Part shown: positions 49,601 through 51,073 of the stretch, piece by piece | How positions within the stretch are numbered: the stretch's first letter is position 1 | Layout: each line of letters begins with the position of its first letter | Source: a virus | Taxonomy: Duplodnaviria; Caudoviricetes | Length of the DNA: 51,073 bases | IMG/VR virus record: IMGVR_UViG_3300046786_000189 | Location: 1-51,073 of that record | Strand: one strand, 5' to 3' | Program-made: the position numbers and the translations under genes | Notes under the pieces: model-generated | Told to the model about the DNA's origin: nothing | Seen by the model: only the letters and a program-made list of their open reading frames with translations | The model's database searches: none

Positions 49601-50219
49601 TAAGTATGGTTTTAATATTTTTAATTCTTTACAAAATCAATCGTTTTATATGCAATTTTCAGGCGCTGAAGGCGGCTCACTTAATTATTTGACAAGAAAT
49701 GGAATTTATGCAGCCGGCGAAAATCGAGGTGGCTCGTTTGGGTATGGTTATTCGGTGCCTAACAATACCGGGACAACCGCAATTATTTGGAGTAGTCCTA
49801 TACAAGTTGGAACAGTTAGTGGAGCTTTTCCACCACAAGATTTCTATTCACCAGTAAAAGTAAATAATAATACTTGGTCAAAAATAGCAGCCGGTGGGTA
49901 TAGTTCATATGGTATAGATAATGCCGGTAAGCTGTATGCATGGGGCCAAGGAACATCAGGTCAATTAGGCTTAGGAACAGCAGTAAACTACTCATCACCC
50001 ACACAAGTTGGTTCAGCAACTGATTGGGGTAACATAAAAGCGGGATTTGATTCTGCAATGGCTATTAACACCGGCAACGTAGCATATACATGGGGTAACA
50101 ATGCTTCAAGTCAGTTAGGTGACAATTCAACCATAAATAAATCTAGCCCAACACAAATTGGAACTACCATTATTACTGGAGATATGGGCAGAGTTAACGG
50201 TGGCTATATCCAAGCATAA
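46602..50219 (+). CDS. RCC1/BLIP-II-like repeat beta-propeller protein (about 21 blades), probable receptor-binding/adhesin
   Basis: Repeats of 'GTLW.WG.N..GQLGD.TT.S(K/R)SSP.QIG...W'. Confidence 0.85.
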   Translation: MSLIGANQLLAVTAVSAAPPPGPGQNSLYTWGTNTAGQLGLSLNTTVAKSSPSLVSSSWSQISVGNSHTMAIKTNGTLWTWGYNASGQLGDSTTISKSSPIQIGSATNWSKVDTGDLFSMALNTSGALYTWGDNAFLGNLGDGTAISKSSPVQVNGTWIDMAAGNQVAFGVKSDNTLWGWGYGLYGTLGLGTTVSRSSPTQITTSTLVVWSSVTASAPATGNNPHVIATSTTGAMYAWGRVTEGQMGTPVSFVSMIPMTTGQLAIRSDNTLWGWGANHFLGFNTTVGFRSSPTQILANGGGVRAVNPTNAGWVATTLDGNIWTCGLNIPSTYYGDNKATAVAPTFQYSSPIQVKASQGEWYNAWSSPYAMYAIKNNGTLWSWGDYGATLGNNTSIARSSPVQVGSATDWITGIRQMNPMPGGFLGLYYLKNDDTLWNLGSANAITYGFNTSAARSSPSQITGAWKHISESVSGSSPNFIYGVKTDGTLWFWGNEVNDAGGGKPGLNGLNTTITVIRSSPTQIPAVSYSWVRAPSLVSCANGYTAAIGGVTANGATWGWGFNQNANIRTGQTGPQGPIGVPIWCSGNSAIFSNGALYMWGSNYGGLFGNGSTNSTVLKRSSPVQAGTGMADTVRYYRYTRTYSRDPNFMIANQDDDTLWSWGQGWQGQLGQNTTLSRSAPTQIAGSWVMASAVRHAASPDYTSVHALKNDGLVYTWGDNRFGQLGDNTTQSKSSPTQISASKSFVTVGGGATAGIAVATDGTLWTWGDNTYGALGDGTTISKSSPTQIGSRTDWGTWLGAVSTNGIATWAIDTSGRLYGWGGSTTYNISIGDSSTVSRSSPVQIGSATDWWLISAGTRHAGGVRQTNDLGGTAAYWGGLYTWGDNTYGQLGTSADTLPRSSPVAIQVSSTRPTYWVSCNANSTSASVYMKFSQVIRWGRADSISGAGPYTIEDAPANNTLNSLSNPTIVSWNPAVTVAGLGGANAFSNPVQVMLEYQPFVTKYGFNIFNSLQNQSFYMQFSGAEGGSLNYLTRNGIYAAGENRGGSFGYGYSVPNNTGTTAIIWSSPIQVGTVSGAFPPQDFYSPVKVNNNTWSKIAAGGYSSYGIDNAGKLYAWGQGTSGQLGLGTAVNYSSPTQVGSATDWGNIKAGFDSAMAINTGNVAYTWGNNASSQLGDNSTINKSSPTQIGTTIITGDMGRVNGGYIQA

Positions 50220-50242
50220 TTTTTGTTTTGTATAATTTACGA

Positions 50243-50268
50243 CTAAGTATTGTATTGAATACTTAGGA
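50243..50268 (+). promoter_or_regulatory. Late-promoter motif inside a hairpin that overlaps the SD of the glycosyltransferase gene
   Basis: CTAAGTATT (50243-50251), N6, AATACTTAG (50258-50266); AGGA at 50265-50268. Confidence 0.5.
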
Positions 50269-50277
50269 TTAGAATAA

Positions 50278-51073
50278 ATGCATGATTTAGATTTGATGGT
50301 AAACCTTCAACTAGAAGGAAAACACAAAGAAGCTAGAGAAATATCTGAGAAACTAGAAGCATTAGGTCCAGATAGGATTTTAGACGTTAGTGGTAATGTT
50401 AGTTCAGATATATGGTTAAGACATAGTTTTAACCGCGGATGGTTTTTACTACAAAAAGGCGACTACCAAGCCGGATCTAAAGCATTAGAAAATGGTAGAT
50501 TAATAAGTGTATATGGTAGCGCACGACTTGCAACAAAGGCACCACTGTATAATCCAAATGAACATGATATTAAGGGAAAAACCATCATCTTATCATCAGA
50601 AGGTGGAATAGGTGATGAAATTATTCACGCTAGATTTGTATCAAGTCTTAAAAATCTAGGCGCAGGGAAAGTATACATTGCATGTGCAAATGATTTAGTA
50701 ACGGTGTTCAAACGAATTGAGGGAGTAGAAGATGCCATACCTCATAACAAGATCAATACAATTGAGCACGACTATTGGTTACCTGCATTCAGTGCAGGAT
50801 GGGTATGTGGACATACGTTTGAAGATTTACCGAACAAAAAATATCTGTCATCTAACCCTACATATGTAGATAAATTTAAAAATATTATTAATAGTGATAA
50901 AATCAACGTTGGAATACGTTGGGCAGGCAACCCTAAATTTGAACACCAGCAATATCGTAAGTTTCCTACCGAGTTCATGACCAACTTGGCAAAGTACAAA
51001 GAACTACAAATCTATAGTTTACAACGTGATGAAAATCTAATACAATTACCGGACAACATAATTGACCTACAAC
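50278..51073 (+). CDS. TPR-like plus GT-B glycosyltransferase (GT9/heptosyltransferase-like), 3'-partial; absent from ORF track
   Basis: Hand translation: MHDLDLMVNLQLEGKH...FNRGWFLLQKGDYQAG...IKGKTIILSSEGGIGDEIIHARF...INVGIRWAGNPKFEHQQYRKFP...IYSLQRD; open to the window end. Confidence 0.75.
   Translation, partial: MHDLDLMVNLQLEGKHKEAREISEKLEALGPDRILDVSGNVSSDIWLRHSFNRGWFLLQKGDYQAGSKALENGRLISVYGSARLATKAPLYNPNEHDIKGKTIILSSEGGIGDEIIHARFVSSLKNLGAGKVYIACANDLVTVFKRIEGVEDAIPHNKINTIEHDYWLPAFSAGWVCGHTFEDLPNKKYLSSNPTYVDKFKNIINSDKINVGIRWAGNPKFEHQQYRKFPTEFMTNLAKYKELQIYSLQRDENLIQLPDNIIDLQ

Noticed and set aside
46602-50219. Eukaryotic or giant-virus origin because of the RCC1 repeats
   Set aside because: The gene is translationally coupled within a phage fibre operon with bacterial SD signals, and RCC1/BLIP-II repeats also occur in bacteria and phages.
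50231-50236. TATAAT as a sigma70 promoter for the glycosyltransferase
   Set aside because: There is no -35 box at the proper spacing and no TG-n extension, so it is likely a chance match in AT-rich DNA.
128-50999. The many short opposite-strand or alternate-frame ORFs in the track (e.g. 128-337, 2052-2384, 19354-19782, 24842-25498, 48785-49273, 50772-50999)
   Set aside because: They are shadows of long, motif-bearing genes. Codon bias of T/G/N/V-rich or D/E-rich proteins leaves antisense frames open, and they have no SD or recognisable motifs.

Overview
This is a 51-kb, AT-rich, gene-dense segment of a large contractile-tailed dsDNA phage genome distantly related to T4 (jumbo-myovirus-like gene order; host not determinable from the sequence). 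The left end holds minus-strand baseplate genes: a partial gp5/VgrG-like spike, a hub, a gp53-like wedge and a tube-initiator-like protein. Next is a plus-strand block with a gp55-like late sigma factor, gp47/gp46 (Mre11/Rad50-like) and a PD-(D/E)XK resolvase. A ~520-nt non-coding gap follows, containing an extensively base-paired ~370-nt element and GAA-loop hairpins. After gp51/gp26-like hub genes and two paralogous tape-measure-like genes comes the head module (portal, core proteins, gp21 protease, scaffold, gp23-like major capsid protein interrupted by an in-frame TAA 20 codons before its likely end). About 27 kb of modular fibre/adhesin genes follow (AQPNITSVGTL repeats, 9 LamG domains, an S74 chaperone, an RCC1-repeat protein), ending in a partial TPR/GT9-like glycosyltransferase. 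T4-late-like TAAATA/TAAGTA motifs precede most structural transcription units. No tRNA, rRNA, CRISPR array, integrase, transposase or reverse transcriptase was recognised. All product calls come from motif recognition by eye; no database search was run.
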